Below are positions 15,019 through 23,991 of a stretch of DNA of 64,000 bases, in pieces (the stretch's first letter is position 1; each line of letters begins with the position of its first letter). The DNA lies in assembly GCA_047601445.1 (NCBI GenBank), contig JASGJH010000001.1, positions 7,200,001-7,264,000 on the forward strand, given 5' to 3'. Origin of the DNA: Myxococcales bacterium. Its GTDB lineage: Bacteria > Myxococcota_A > Polyangia > Polyangiales > DASUME01. Below the pieces are notes generated by a model. The model saw only the letters and a list, made by a program, of their open reading frames with translations, was not told the origin of the DNA and did no database searches. The translations under genes were made by a program, and so were the position numbers.

Positions 15019-15279
15019 TTACGTACCCGCGCCCGAAAGCTTTCCCTTCACCAGGTTGGCCACCGCGCTCACGGTGCGGAACGAGTCGGTGCTCACGTCC
15101 GCCGGGTCGAGCTGCACCTCGAATTTCTCGTCCAGAAAGGCCACCAGGGCCAACGTCGAGAACGAGTCCAAGATGCCGCTTGCCTGGAGATCCGTCTGCT
15201 CCGTGAATCCCCGCGCGTCGCCGCTCAGCCAGGTTGTCACGATGTAGTCGATGATCTCGTCCATTACGCGCGTTTCCAC
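15019..15279 (-). CDS. Carrier protein, PltL/RedO-like prolyl/pyrrolyl carrier
   Basis: DL..SGILDSF...LVAFL.EKFEV....F.TV motif; lies directly after the A-domain gene. Confidence 0.85.
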   Translation of the reverse strand: METRVMDEIIDYIVTTWLSGDARGFTEQTDLQASGILDSFSTLALVAFLDEKFEVQLDPADVSTDSFRTVSAVANLVKGKLSGAGT

Positions 15280-15292
15280 CTAGTTCTTCTCC

Positions 15293-16877
15293 TTATTTCG
15301 TCCCGCGCACCGCTGCGCGCGCATCCGTCGTCGCCGCCGCTCGAGCTTGCTGGCTCTCGAGCACGTCGTTCTTCACCTTCACGCGGTCGATCTTGCCGCT
15401 CGTGGTGCGAGGCATGGAGGGCACGGTGCGCACCTCCGAGGGGATCATGTAGCGAGGCAACTTGGACGCGCAGTGTTGCTTGATTTGCAGGATGGAGAGC
15501 TGCGGATCGCTCGCCACCAGCACGGTCACGAGCTCCTGACCCACCACCAGCGCGATCGCTTCCTGAATGCCGGGGTGCAAGAGTAGCGCGGACTCCACCT
15601 CGCCGAGCTCGATGCGATAGCCGTGGACCTTCACCATGTGGTCGCGGCGGCCGTGGTACATCACCGCGCCGTCGGGACGCTGCGAGACCATGTCTCCCGT
15701 GGCGTAGGGGCGCTTGGCGAGCAAGGGCGAGCCCGCGTTCCAATAGCCCACCATCACGGTCGGACCGTCGATGAACAGCTCGCCCACTTCGCCCGGCTTC
15801 ACGGGGCGCCCGTTCTCGTCGAGGATGGACATCACGTCGCCGCAGGACGGGTGTCCGATCGGAATCGCGTTGTCTTCCTCGGCGGGGATCTCGGGCAGCG
15901 CGTAGGCCAGGCAGACGTTGGTCTCGGTGGGCCCGAACAGATTCCAGAACTTGGCCTGCGGCAGTGCGCGCATGGCGCGTCGCAGGTGCTTCATGGGAAA
16001 CACTTCGCCCGCGAAGTACACGGCGCGCAGGGAGGGCGCGCCCTGTTCCTCGAGGTCAGCCTGGTCGAGCATCAGGATCAGCGCGGACGGCACCGAGTAC
16101 CAGACGCTGATGTTGCGCTGTCGAATACGCTCGAGCATGCGCGGACCGCTGACCACCGTGGTCTCGTCCACGATCACGATGGTGGCGCCTACCCAGAGTG
16201 CGGTCCACACGTCGAAGATCGAGAGGTCGAAGTGGAAAGGAGCCACGCTGGCCACGCGGTCGGAGTGGTTGAGCTCGATTCTGATTGCCGGCCCATTCGA
16301 TGAAGGCGAACGCATTGCGGTGGGAGAGCATCACGCCCTTGGGCACGCCGGTGGAGCCCGAGGTGTAGAGGATGTATGCGAGCTCGTCCGCGGCCTCGCT
16401 CGGCGGGTCCATGCGCTCGCCGCTCTCGTCTTGCACCTCGGCCCAGTGATGGATCACGGCGTCGTGCTGCACGGCGGGCAGCGGGCCGTCGGCGCTCAGC
16501 ACGAAGTGACGCACGGGCGACTGCACGCCGGATGCGAGCCAGCTCGAGAGCAGCACCGGCGAGATCACCACGTGACGAATCCCGCAGTCCCTGGCGATCA
16601 AAGCGATGCGCGCCGGCGGCGAGCCCGGATCGAGCGGCACGTAGACCGCTCCCGCACGCAGCGCGCCCAGCATGGCCGCCACGGTGCGACCGGAGCGTGG
16701 CATGTGCACACCCACGCGGTCGCCCTTCATCACGCCCATGCGCTGAAAGAGCCGGGCAAACCGGTTGGCGAGCTGGTCGAGCTCTCGGTAGGTGATCTTC
16801 TCGATCACACCCTCCACGGCGACGTGGTTGGGGTCGTAGTCTGCCCACGCACTCACGAACTGATCTAACCGCATCAT
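15293..16877 (-). pseudogene. Stand-alone amino acid adenylation enzyme (PltF/RedM-like L-prolyl-AMP ligase), interrupted by a 1-nt frameshift (true lesion or sequencing error)
   Basis: ORF 16056-16877 carries YILYTSGSTGVPKG. ORF 15293-16315 carries FDLS, WYSVP, FAGE, NLFGPTETNVC, ATGD, RIELGEVE, SGKIDR. Removing one T at 16279-16280 fuses them (IEWAGNQ-IELNHSD). Confidence 0.88.
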
Positions 16878-18022
16878 GGCAATCCCATCGCTTTCGCAAT
16901 AATCGCGCGCTGAATCTCCGACGTACCCGAGAAGATGCGCGACGGAATCGCGTCGCGCAGAAGAGCGTCCACGCCGGTCTCCGGCAAGATCCCGGCACCA
17001 CCGAAAATCTGCACCGCGTCGAGGCCAGACTGAACGGCGGCCTCCGCGATGTAGAGCTTGCTCATAGCTACGGCTTCCTCGCAGCGTTTACCCCGGCGAT
17101 GCAAATCGCCCGCATGCAGCAGGAGGAGCCGCGAGGCCTCGAGCCGCAGGCGCATGTCGACCAGCTTGTTCGAGACGCCCTGGAAGCTCCCCAAAGCCTG
17201 CCCGAACTGTCGACGGGTGCGCGCGTGCTCCACACACTCGTCGAGGCTTCTCGCCATGGCGCCGACGTAATATGCAAATAGGCAGCCACGCTCCCAGATC
17301 ATCGATTCACGGAACAGCATCGCCCCCGCGCCCTCGGGGCCCACCCGCATCTGTTCTGGGACGACACACTCTTCGAGGTACACGGTGCCCCACGGAGAGG
17401 TCCTGAGACCGCTCTTGGTCTCGCCGGGCGCGACCCTCAGACCCTTGGTGTCACGCGGCACCAAGAACGCGCTGATGCCGAGGAATCCGCGCTCCGGACT
17501 GGTCGACGCATAGACCAGGAATAGGTCGGCCACCGGCGCATTGGTGATAAAGAACTTGGTGCCCTCGAGTACATACTCACCCCCCACCCGGCGAGCGCTC
17601 GCCTTCAGCGAATACACGTCGGAGCCGGCGTTCGGCTCGGTGGTGGCGTTCGAGCAGATCAGGCGACCCGCCGCGATGTCTGTAAGGTAGCGTTCCTGGT
17701 GGTACTTGGAGCGTGAGCGCCAGATCGGCACGGCTGAGGCAAAAGTGTGCGCGCAGAGCGAGAACACCAGGCCTCCATCCTCCGAACCACGGCCCAGCGC
17801 CTCGACCAACAGCATGGTGTCGACCGCGTCGAAGCCGCCGCCGCCCCATTGCTCCGGGATGGGCAAACCGGTCAGACCGAACTCGGCCGCTTCGTTCCAC
17901 AGCTTGCGGTCGAAGGTGCCTGCTCGATCGCGCTCGCGCGCGCCAGGGGAAAGTCGATTGCGCGCAAACTCGAGGGTTGCCTCGATGCGCTCGCGTTGGC
18001 TCGCCGTGAGCTCCATGCTCAT
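16874..18022 (-). CDS. Acyl-CoA dehydrogenase family protein, PltE/RedW-like prolyl-carrier dehydrogenase
   Basis: TEPNAGSD, GTKFFITNAP, GLRTSP, WERG, RRQFGQ..FQ, IFSGTSEIQR; clustered with the A domain and carrier protein. Confidence 0.85.
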   Translation of the reverse strand: MSMELTASQRERIEATLEFARNRLSPGARERDRAGTFDRKLWNEAAEFGLTGLPIPEQWGGGGFDAVDTMLLVEALGRGSEDGGLVFSLCAHTFASAVPIWRSRSKYHQERYLTDIAAGRLICSNATTEPNAGSDVYSLKASARRVGGEYVLEGTKFFITNAPVADLFLVYASTSPERGFLGISAFLVPRDTKGLRVAPGETKSGLRTSPWGTVYLEECVVPEQMRVGPEGAGAMLFRESMIWERGCLFAYYVGAMARSLDECVEHARTRRQFGQALGSFQGVSNKLVDMRLRLEASRLLLLHAGDLHRRGKRCEEAVAMSKLYIAEAAVQSGLDAVQIFGGAGILPETGVDALLRDAIPSRIFSGTSEIQRAIIAKAMGLP

Positions 18023-18141
18023 CAAAAGGACATGCGGATGCGGGCGATGCAAATCGGATCTGTGCGGCTCTTCCAATCTGGCACCGCTACACTCGACGCT
18101 CCGAATCACGCTGGCTTTTAGGCTCTATTCCATCACCGAAC

Positions 18142-19902
18142 ATGACGATCTTCAGCATCTACCTGCGCGTACTCAATCAGCTGGGCCCCGAGAAGCGCCT
18201 CGGAATTTGGCTCGCCGTCGCAAACCTCGCGCTGGCGACCGCGCAGTTCGCGGAGCCCGTCTTGTTCGGTCGCATCATCGACTCGCTGACGCGTCTTTCG
18301 CGCTCGGACGGACCGTTCGAAATTGCGCGGCTCGCTCCACTTTTGCTGGTCTGGATCGCTTTTGGGTTCTTCAGCATCGGCGCCGGGGTCCTGGTTGCGC
18401 TGCATGCCGACCGGCTTGCGCACCGCCGGCGCGTCTCGGTGATGGCGGACTACTTCGAGCACGCGCTCTCCTTACCCCTGTCTTTCCACCTCACTACGCA
18501 CTCCGGTCGTCTGCTCAAGGCCATGCTGGGCGGGGCCGACTCCATGAGCTGGCTCTGGCTCGGGTTCTTTCGCGAACAGTGCGCTACCGCAGTCGCCCTG
18601 CTGGTGCTCTTGCCCCTTACGGTCTTCCTCAACCCATGGCTAGGCGGATTGCTGGTGGTGCTGGTGCTGTTCTTCTGCGCGCTGACCATGAAAGTGGCGC
18701 GTCGCACTCAGACCCTTCAGGCCCAGGTCACGCAGCACCATACCAAACTCGCCGAGCACACCAGCGACGCCCTCGCGAACGTTCCCGTAATCCAGAGCTT
18801 CACGCGGGTGGAAGCCGAGTTGCGCGCGCTTCAGGCCATCGGGCGCCGCTTGCTCGAGGCGCAAATTCCCGTGCTCTCGTGGTGGGCGGTGGCGGCCGTC
18901 GCCACGCGCGCTGCGGCCACCTTGACCGTGACCGGCATTCTCGTGCTTGGGGCCTGGCTGATCACGCAGCACAAGGCCAGCGTCGGCGAGCTCGTCACCT
19001 TCATGAGCCTCGCCACCATGTTGATCGGCCGGCTCGACGCCACGGTGGGCTTCGTGGGCACGCTGTTCATCGAGGCCCCCAAGATGCGCGAGCTCTTCAC
19101 ACTGCTCGATACTACCCCCAGCGTGCGCGACCGGCCCGACGCCCGCGACGTGCAGCGACTCTCCGGCGCCATCGAGTTCGACGACATCCATTTCTCCTAC
19201 GATCCCAAGCGTAAGATCCTCGATGGCCTTACTTTTCAGGTGAACCCAGGTGAAACCGTCGCCTTGGTGGGAGCCTCGGGCTCTGGCAAGACCACCACGC
19301 TCTCCCTGCTGTATCGCGCCTTCGATCCCGAGCGCGGACGCATCCTGGCGGATGGCCTCGAACTCGGCGCCTACACGCTGCACTCGCTGCGCCGCAATAT
19401 CGCGGTGGTGTTCCAGGAGCCCATGTTGTTCGCGCGCTCTATCCGAGAGAATCTGCTGGTGGGCAAGCCCGACGCCAGCGACGCCGAGATCCGTCGTGCG
19501 CTCGAGCGGGCGCAGGCGTGGGAGCTGGTGGAGCAGCAGCCCGAGGGACTCGACACGGTGCTCGGTGAGCGTGGTCGCTCTCTCTCCGGTGGTGAGCGCC
19601 AGCGCCTGTCCATCGCGCGTGCGCTGCTCAAGAATCCGCCCATTCTGATTCTCGACGAGGCCACCGCTGCGCTCGACGCCGACACCGAGCGCAAAGTGAA
19701 GCTGGCCCTCGACGAGGTCATGCGCGAGCGCACTACATTCGTGATCGCGCATCGCCTGTCCACGGTGCGGGACGCCAGCCGGATCCTGGTGTTCGAGCAG
19801 GGCCGCATCGTGGAGAGCGGGACCTTCGGCGCGCTGGCGGAACGGGGAGGGCGCTTTTCGGAGCTCGTGCGTGCCCAGGTGCTCGACGTACCCAAGAGCT
19901 AA
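18142..19902 (+). CDS. ndvA: ABC exporter (fused TMD-NBD), NdvA/ChvA-like beta-glucan exporter family
   Basis: N-terminal AQFAEPVLFGRIID and HSGRLLK.ML resemble NdvA as recalled. Walker A GASGSGKT, LSGGERQR, LDEAT, AHRLST. Confidence 0.7.
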   Translation: MTIFSIYLRVLNQLGPEKRLGIWLAVANLALATAQFAEPVLFGRIIDSLTRLSRSDGPFEIARLAPLLLVWIAFGFFSIGAGVLVALHADRLAHRRRVSVMADYFEHALSLPLSFHLTTHSGRLLKAMLGGADSMSWLWLGFFREQCATAVALLVLLPLTVFLNPWLGGLLVVLVLFFCALTMKVARRTQTLQAQVTQHHTKLAEHTSDALANVPVIQSFTRVEAELRALQAIGRRLLEAQIPVLSWWAVAAVATRAAATLTVTGILVLGAWLITQHKASVGELVTFMSLATMLIGRLDATVGFVGTLFIEAPKMRELFTLLDTTPSVRDRPDARDVQRLSGAIEFDDIHFSYDPKRKILDGLTFQVNPGETVALVGASGSGKTTTLSLLYRAFDPERGRILADGLELGAYTLHSLRRNIAVVFQEPMLFARSIRENLLVGKPDASDAEIRRALERAQAWELVEQQPEGLDTVLGERGRSLSGGERQRLSIARALLKNPPILILDEATAALDADTERKVKLALDEVMRERTTFVIAHRLSTVRDASRILVFEQGRIVESGTFGALAERGGRFSELVRAQVLDVPKS

Positions 19903-20233
19903 TCCAGGATGGGGACACTTTCGATAGAGCGTTCGTCTCAATGGCTCGGGTATTCTCGTGAAATCGTTCGATTTGGACTCTCAAGACGACGGCCCACACA
20001 ACGTGGTTTGGTGTTCGCGAACGGGAGCATCGGCACCCGTCGTCTTACGCGTCATGCAAACAGTTCGCTTGTCATCGATTCATGCGAGTTTACGCTTCGT
20101 TCGCATTTCAGAAATCACACCGGCGCATGCTGTGTTGATGGCTCGCTCGGCGGGTAACGCGGGCGTGATAGGCGTCGAAACAGAGCTGTTGAACCCGGCC
20201 GCTTCGGCGCGGCCTCTCAAGGAGTGATGGTCC

Positions 20234-20449
20234 ATGGCGAATGATAAGAGCCTTGTCGAGAAGTCCCCTTCAGGCGATCCCTTGGTGATGGGCGTCAGCG
20301 TTCCGCTGATGATGACCAAAACCAAAGCCACCGAGATCGCTTCCGCCTGGCGCGAGTGCTTCGTGGAGCTCTTCAGCGTCGCAAAGACCAAGTACATGCC
20401 CGAGAAGAGCGCCACCAACGGCGCTGTTGCTCCGACCATCAGCGCCTGA
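20234..20449 (+). CDS. Small hypothetical protein (71 aa)
   Basis: AAGGAG upstream of ATG, GC3-rich codons, followed by a strong hairpin. Confidence 0.55.
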   Translation: MANDKSLVEKSPSGDPLVMGVSVPLMMTKTKATEIASAWRECFVELFSVAKTKYMPEKSATNGAVAPTISA

Positions 20450-20472
20450 CACTCAGGCGATTGCATCGGCCC

Positions 20473-20512
20473 AAGCGCGCGCCAGGGAGACCCGGCGCGC
20501 GCTTCGTGTTTT
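20473..20512. terminator. Probable intrinsic terminator between convergent genes
   Basis: aagcgcgcgcc-agggagaccc-ggcgcgcgctt perfect 11-bp stem, then cgtgtttt. Confidence 0.65.
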
Positions 20513-20576
20513 CACCGCAATTTCTGCGCTGCTACATGACCGGATGGGCAACCCGAACGCCCGATTCGACCCGCCA

Positions 20577-22568
20577 TCACAAGCAGTCGAAGCGATAGAC
20601 CACGCCGGCAGCCGACGCGGTCTCGCCTGGCTCGCGCCAGGAGTCGAGGTTCGAGTCCAGCTTGGAGAACGAGTTGGGCGCGGAGACCAGCACTGCGCGG
20701 GGGGTAGCGAGGATGTTGATCAAGGCCGGCTCCAACACGACGACCACCGCGGGAAACCTGCCGGGGTTCGCGTCTTGCCCGGTAAGCGCGTAGGCGTCGA
20801 TGCTGCGCGTAAGTCCCCAGTTCTCCAAGGACAGCTCCTCCACGCGAATCGGTTGTCCGCTGAACGACGGCTCGAAGCCCACACTCAACCAGCGGCCCCC
20901 TGACTGGATGGCGTCCGTGATCACGGTGGTCAGTGTGATGGCGTCCCCGAGCGCTCGCGAGATGCCGGAAGCGTGGGAAACCTCGAAGCGTACGAGCTCC
21001 GTCTGGTAAGGCTGTGTGGTGTGCGTGCGCCGCAGCAAGAACTCTGAGTGATCCGCGCGGCAGTCCACTTCTCCCATGCTCAGCCCATAGGCGCCCGGCA
21101 GCGCCGGATAGGTGCCGACTTCTTCCAGTAGTCCACCACCGAGCTTGCGACGCTCTAGCACACCGTGTTCGCCGGTTTGGGCGTGGGCTAGCAGCCATTC
21201 GCTGCGGCAGGGCACGGGCTCCAGCGCTCCTTCTGACGACGGGCCGAACTGAACGGTGCCTACGGGAGTGGGGTAGAGCGACACGACCTGTCCCATGCTC
21301 AGCGAGCCGTTCCTGAGCTCGAGGTTGATCAGATAGAGCCCGCCCTCCTTGACCTCGCAGAAACCCGGGCCGCCCGCGGCGGTGTTGGCGTGCCCGATTT
21401 CATGGCCGAAGGTCACGCCGATCTGCAGCTTGCCCGAGTTATCTTCGAAGGCCGCCACGTCGGAAGCCCAGAGTCGGTTGCAGTCATCTTCATCGAGGGT
21501 GCCCGGGTTGAGGTCCTCGTCCGCAGCGATGGCGATGTCCGTGCTGGCGAGCAGCTTGAGGTCATCCGCGCGTCGCACCTGGAGCACGAGGCTGTGACCG
21601 GCATTGGCGAGCTGGATGCCTGCCGAGTTGCGGCGTGAGTGAATCAGCAGAACCACATACTCGCCGTCTGAGGCCACGCGGAACGTCTTGGCACCCTGGG
21701 CGAGTGGCTGCGACATTTCTGAACCGGGGACGCCCTTGGCGTTTATGGCGCGGGCACGAACGGCCGAGCCATCGGACCCCGTACCCACCTTGTAGAGCAG
21801 CCAGCTGTTGTCGCCGCGTCCACGCGCGAGCTTGGTCAATGCACTCGGCGTTTGGCCCGCCTCCGGGCTGCGCGCGAACACGGATTGCGCGGCTCGCCCG
21901 AGCAAATCCTGGTCGACCACCCCATCGCAGTCGTCGTCGCGCCAGTTGCAAGTCTCCGTGGGCGGTGCGCAGGCGGCATCCACCGGGAGCGTGCAGCTGT
22001 CGGAGCAGGTGCCAGTGCCCTGAGATCCGCAGCTCGTGACGCAGGCCACTTGGCGGGCACCGCGCGCACAGGCGAAGCCGTTCTCGACCTGACCGTCACA
22101 GTCGTCGTCGATCCCGTTGCAGAGTTCGCTGACGCCTTCGTCGAGGGCGGAGTCGCAATCGTTGTCTCGGCCGTCGCCGCATGCCTCGGGAGCCTCGGGG
22201 TTCGACGTCTGGTCTCCATCATTGCAGTCGCCGGGCTGTAGATTGCCCTGGGCGCCCGCCCGCGCGCATTCTGTGGCCGACCCCGGGCCTCCAAAGTGAT
22301 CGCCGTCGCGATCTACCAGGCATTCTTGGGCGATTTCATCGATTATCGCGCCCGGCGGCCCGGCGTCCGGCGCCACGTTTCCAGCAGGCTCGTCGTCGTC
22401 TCGCCCACCCGCGTCCGACGTTCCCTCGTCTGCGATGGCACTCGCATCGGCCGCGGTGGCTTCGCAGCGCGAACCGGTTTTCACATAGTTGGTGGGACAT
22501 GGCGTTTGCGCGCAACCGACGCCCGCCGCCAGGCACACCACAACTCCCAGACCAGAAATCATCCGCAT
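20577..22568 (-). CDS. Lipoprotein with MopE-related putative metal-binding repeats and a large C-terminal beta-rich domain
   Basis: Lipobox GVGC; DRDGDHFG, DCNDGD...PEAC.DGRDNDCD, ELCNGIDDDCDG, ETCNWRDDDCDG. Confidence 0.85.
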   Translation of the reverse strand: MRMISGLGVVVCLAAGVGCAQTPCPTNYVKTGSRCEATAADASAIADEGTSDAGGRDDDEPAGNVAPDAGPPGAIIDEIAQECLVDRDGDHFGGPGSATECARAGAQGNLQPGDCNDGDQTSNPEAPEACGDGRDNDCDSALDEGVSELCNGIDDDCDGQVENGFACARGARQVACVTSCGSQGTGTCSDSCTLPVDAACAPPTETCNWRDDDCDGVVDQDLLGRAAQSVFARSPEAGQTPSALTKLARGRGDNSWLLYKVGTGSDGSAVRARAINAKGVPGSEMSQPLAQGAKTFRVASDGEYVVLLIHSRRNSAGIQLANAGHSLVLQVRRADDLKLLASTDIAIAADEDLNPGTLDEDDCNRLWASDVAAFEDNSGKLQIGVTFGHEIGHANTAAGGPGFCEVKEGGLYLINLELRNGSLSMGQVVSLYPTPVGTVQFGPSSEGALEPVPCRSEWLLAHAQTGEHGVLERRKLGGGLLEEVGTYPALPGAYGLSMGEVDCRADHSEFLLRRTHTTQPYQTELVRFEVSHASGISRALGDAITLTTVITDAIQSGGRWLSVGFEPSFSGQPIRVEELSLENWGLTRSIDAYALTGQDANPGRFPAVVVVLEPALINILATPRAVLVSAPNSFSKLDSNLDSWREPGETASAAGVVYRFDCL

Positions 22569-22631
22569 TGGCTTCGCTCCTGTGGGTCCTATCGGTCCCG
22601 GAGCGAAGCGGTTGCGTAAAAACGTCGGGCC

Positions 22632-23375
22632 CTACTCGTCGGTGTCGCCGTCGCAGTCGTTGTCGAGTCCACCCTGGGCCAGCTCGACCCCTGGGGATAC
22701 GTACTCGGCGTCGCACTGCAGGCTCGTTGGGCCCGTGCACTGATACACGCCCGTGCGCGCGCAGGCCCCGAGCAAATGATTCGAGCAGCTGGCACCAGGC
22801 TGATAGCCACCTTCGAACGCGCGACAGTCACCGCCACAGGCGTTGTGGACCCCGTCGTTGACCTCGCCGTTGCAATCGTTGTCGCACTCGTCGCAAATCT
22901 CGACGGCGCCCGGCTTGGAGGCGAGGCCGCAGCGGGGACTCTCATCGCAGTCACCGAAGCTCTCCACGTAGCCCGCGGGCAGCGCGTCGCCCACGCAGAT
23001 GTAGATGGCCCCCTCCTTGGTGCCGATTCCATCGCCGTCGACATCGCGATAGATCTGGGCCTTCAGACCGGCGCACTGCAGCGGCGCCGGCTCGGGCGAA
23101 AGATTGCTGCAGACCGGGTCACGCAGGGCCGGAGCTAGCGCGGGGTCGCAGTTGGGCGCGTGCACCTGGGCGTCGGAGCCGGAGTCGCCCGCGTCCGAGC
23201 CCGAGTCCACTGGGCTATCCGCGTCGCCATCTCCCGCGGTAGCACCCGAGTCATTGACGGTGAGCGGATTGCACTCGGCGCCGTGACACGTGGAGTCATC
23301 ACCGCAGCCGCCGACCGCCGCCCCCGCGAGACCGATGATCAGGGACAGGAAGCCGAAGTTGGCAAACGGGCGCAT
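22632..23375 (-). CDS. Lipoprotein with MopE-related putative metal-binding repeats
   Basis: Lipobox VGGC; YRDVDGDGIG, PGAVEICDECDNDCNG, GLDNDCDGDTDE. Confidence 0.8.
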   Translation of the reverse strand: MRPFANFGFLSLIIGLAGAAVGGCGDDSTCHGAECNPLTVNDSGATAGDGDADSPVDSGSDAGDSGSDAQVHAPNCDPALAPALRDPVCSNLSPEPAPLQCAGLKAQIYRDVDGDGIGTKEGAIYICVGDALPAGYVESFGDCDESPRCGLASKPGAVEICDECDNDCNGEVNDGVHNACGGDCRAFEGGYQPGASCSNHLLGACARTGVYQCTGPTSLQCDAEYVSPGVELAQGGLDNDCDGDTDE

Positions 23376-23561
23376 GGCAAAGGCTCCAGGCAAGGCAGTG
23401 GGGGGCGAGGACCTCGAGAGACAATCCGAGGGCAAACGCACACGCGGTGTGCGAGCCCCTACTTGGTCGATGCACTAGACGCTGGCAAGGCAGATCGCGC
23501 GGCGTAACCCCAGGTCAGAACCTTGCGTGCACGGAGCCACGGGGTTGCGCGCTGGAATTGT

Positions 23562-23880
23562 TCAGAACCCGCAGCGCGAATCCGCGGCCGGTACAGGTGC
23601 CTGCGGCAAGCGGACAGTCGCCGCTGTTGGGCGGCAAGCACGAAGTTGTGCAGCGGTACTGCGTGCGCGCGGCATTCCAAGGCAAAAAACCGTCGTCGTG
23701 ATCCGCGGCACCGCACGAAGCATCGTTCCCGAGCGCTGCCTTGTCCTGCTCCGCGTCTCCGAGCACGGTCTGCCGCTCGCACTGCTTGCCGAAATCATGG
23801 TGCGCCTGGCAGCTGGTCTGCGAGTACCCGCCGCACACGTGGCTGCCCTGCCCGTCGATGCTGTCCGGCTTGGCCGGGGC
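23562..23880 (-). pseudogene. Decayed orphan C-terminal module paralogous to the two adjacent Cys-rich lipoproteins
   Basis: DGQGSHVC..SQTSCQAHHDF...CGAADHDDG...YRCTTSC....DCP aligns by eye with the C-termini of 23992-25158 and 25188-26414. No signal peptide. The end (DSRCGF*) lies in a shifted frame. Confidence 0.7.
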
Positions 23881-23991
23881 CGAAGCGAGGCTCGAAGAGT
23901 AGACACTACGGGCGCGGAGAGCGGTCAGCACTCGAGGGAAGAGTAGCATCAAGGTATTCGTGCTCTTCCTAGTGATAGGCGGCCCGGAGCG

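Noticed and set aside
12341..15279. Ordinary fatty-acid synthesis (fabF/acpP) locus
   Set aside because: The second KS lacks catalytic residues, no fabD/fabG/fabH are present, and the genes are coupled to an A domain and dehydrogenase.
15019..16877. dltA/dltC teichoic-acid alanylation genes
   Set aside because: No dltB/dltD. A proline-like pocket and a PltE-like dehydrogenase fit pyrrole formation better.
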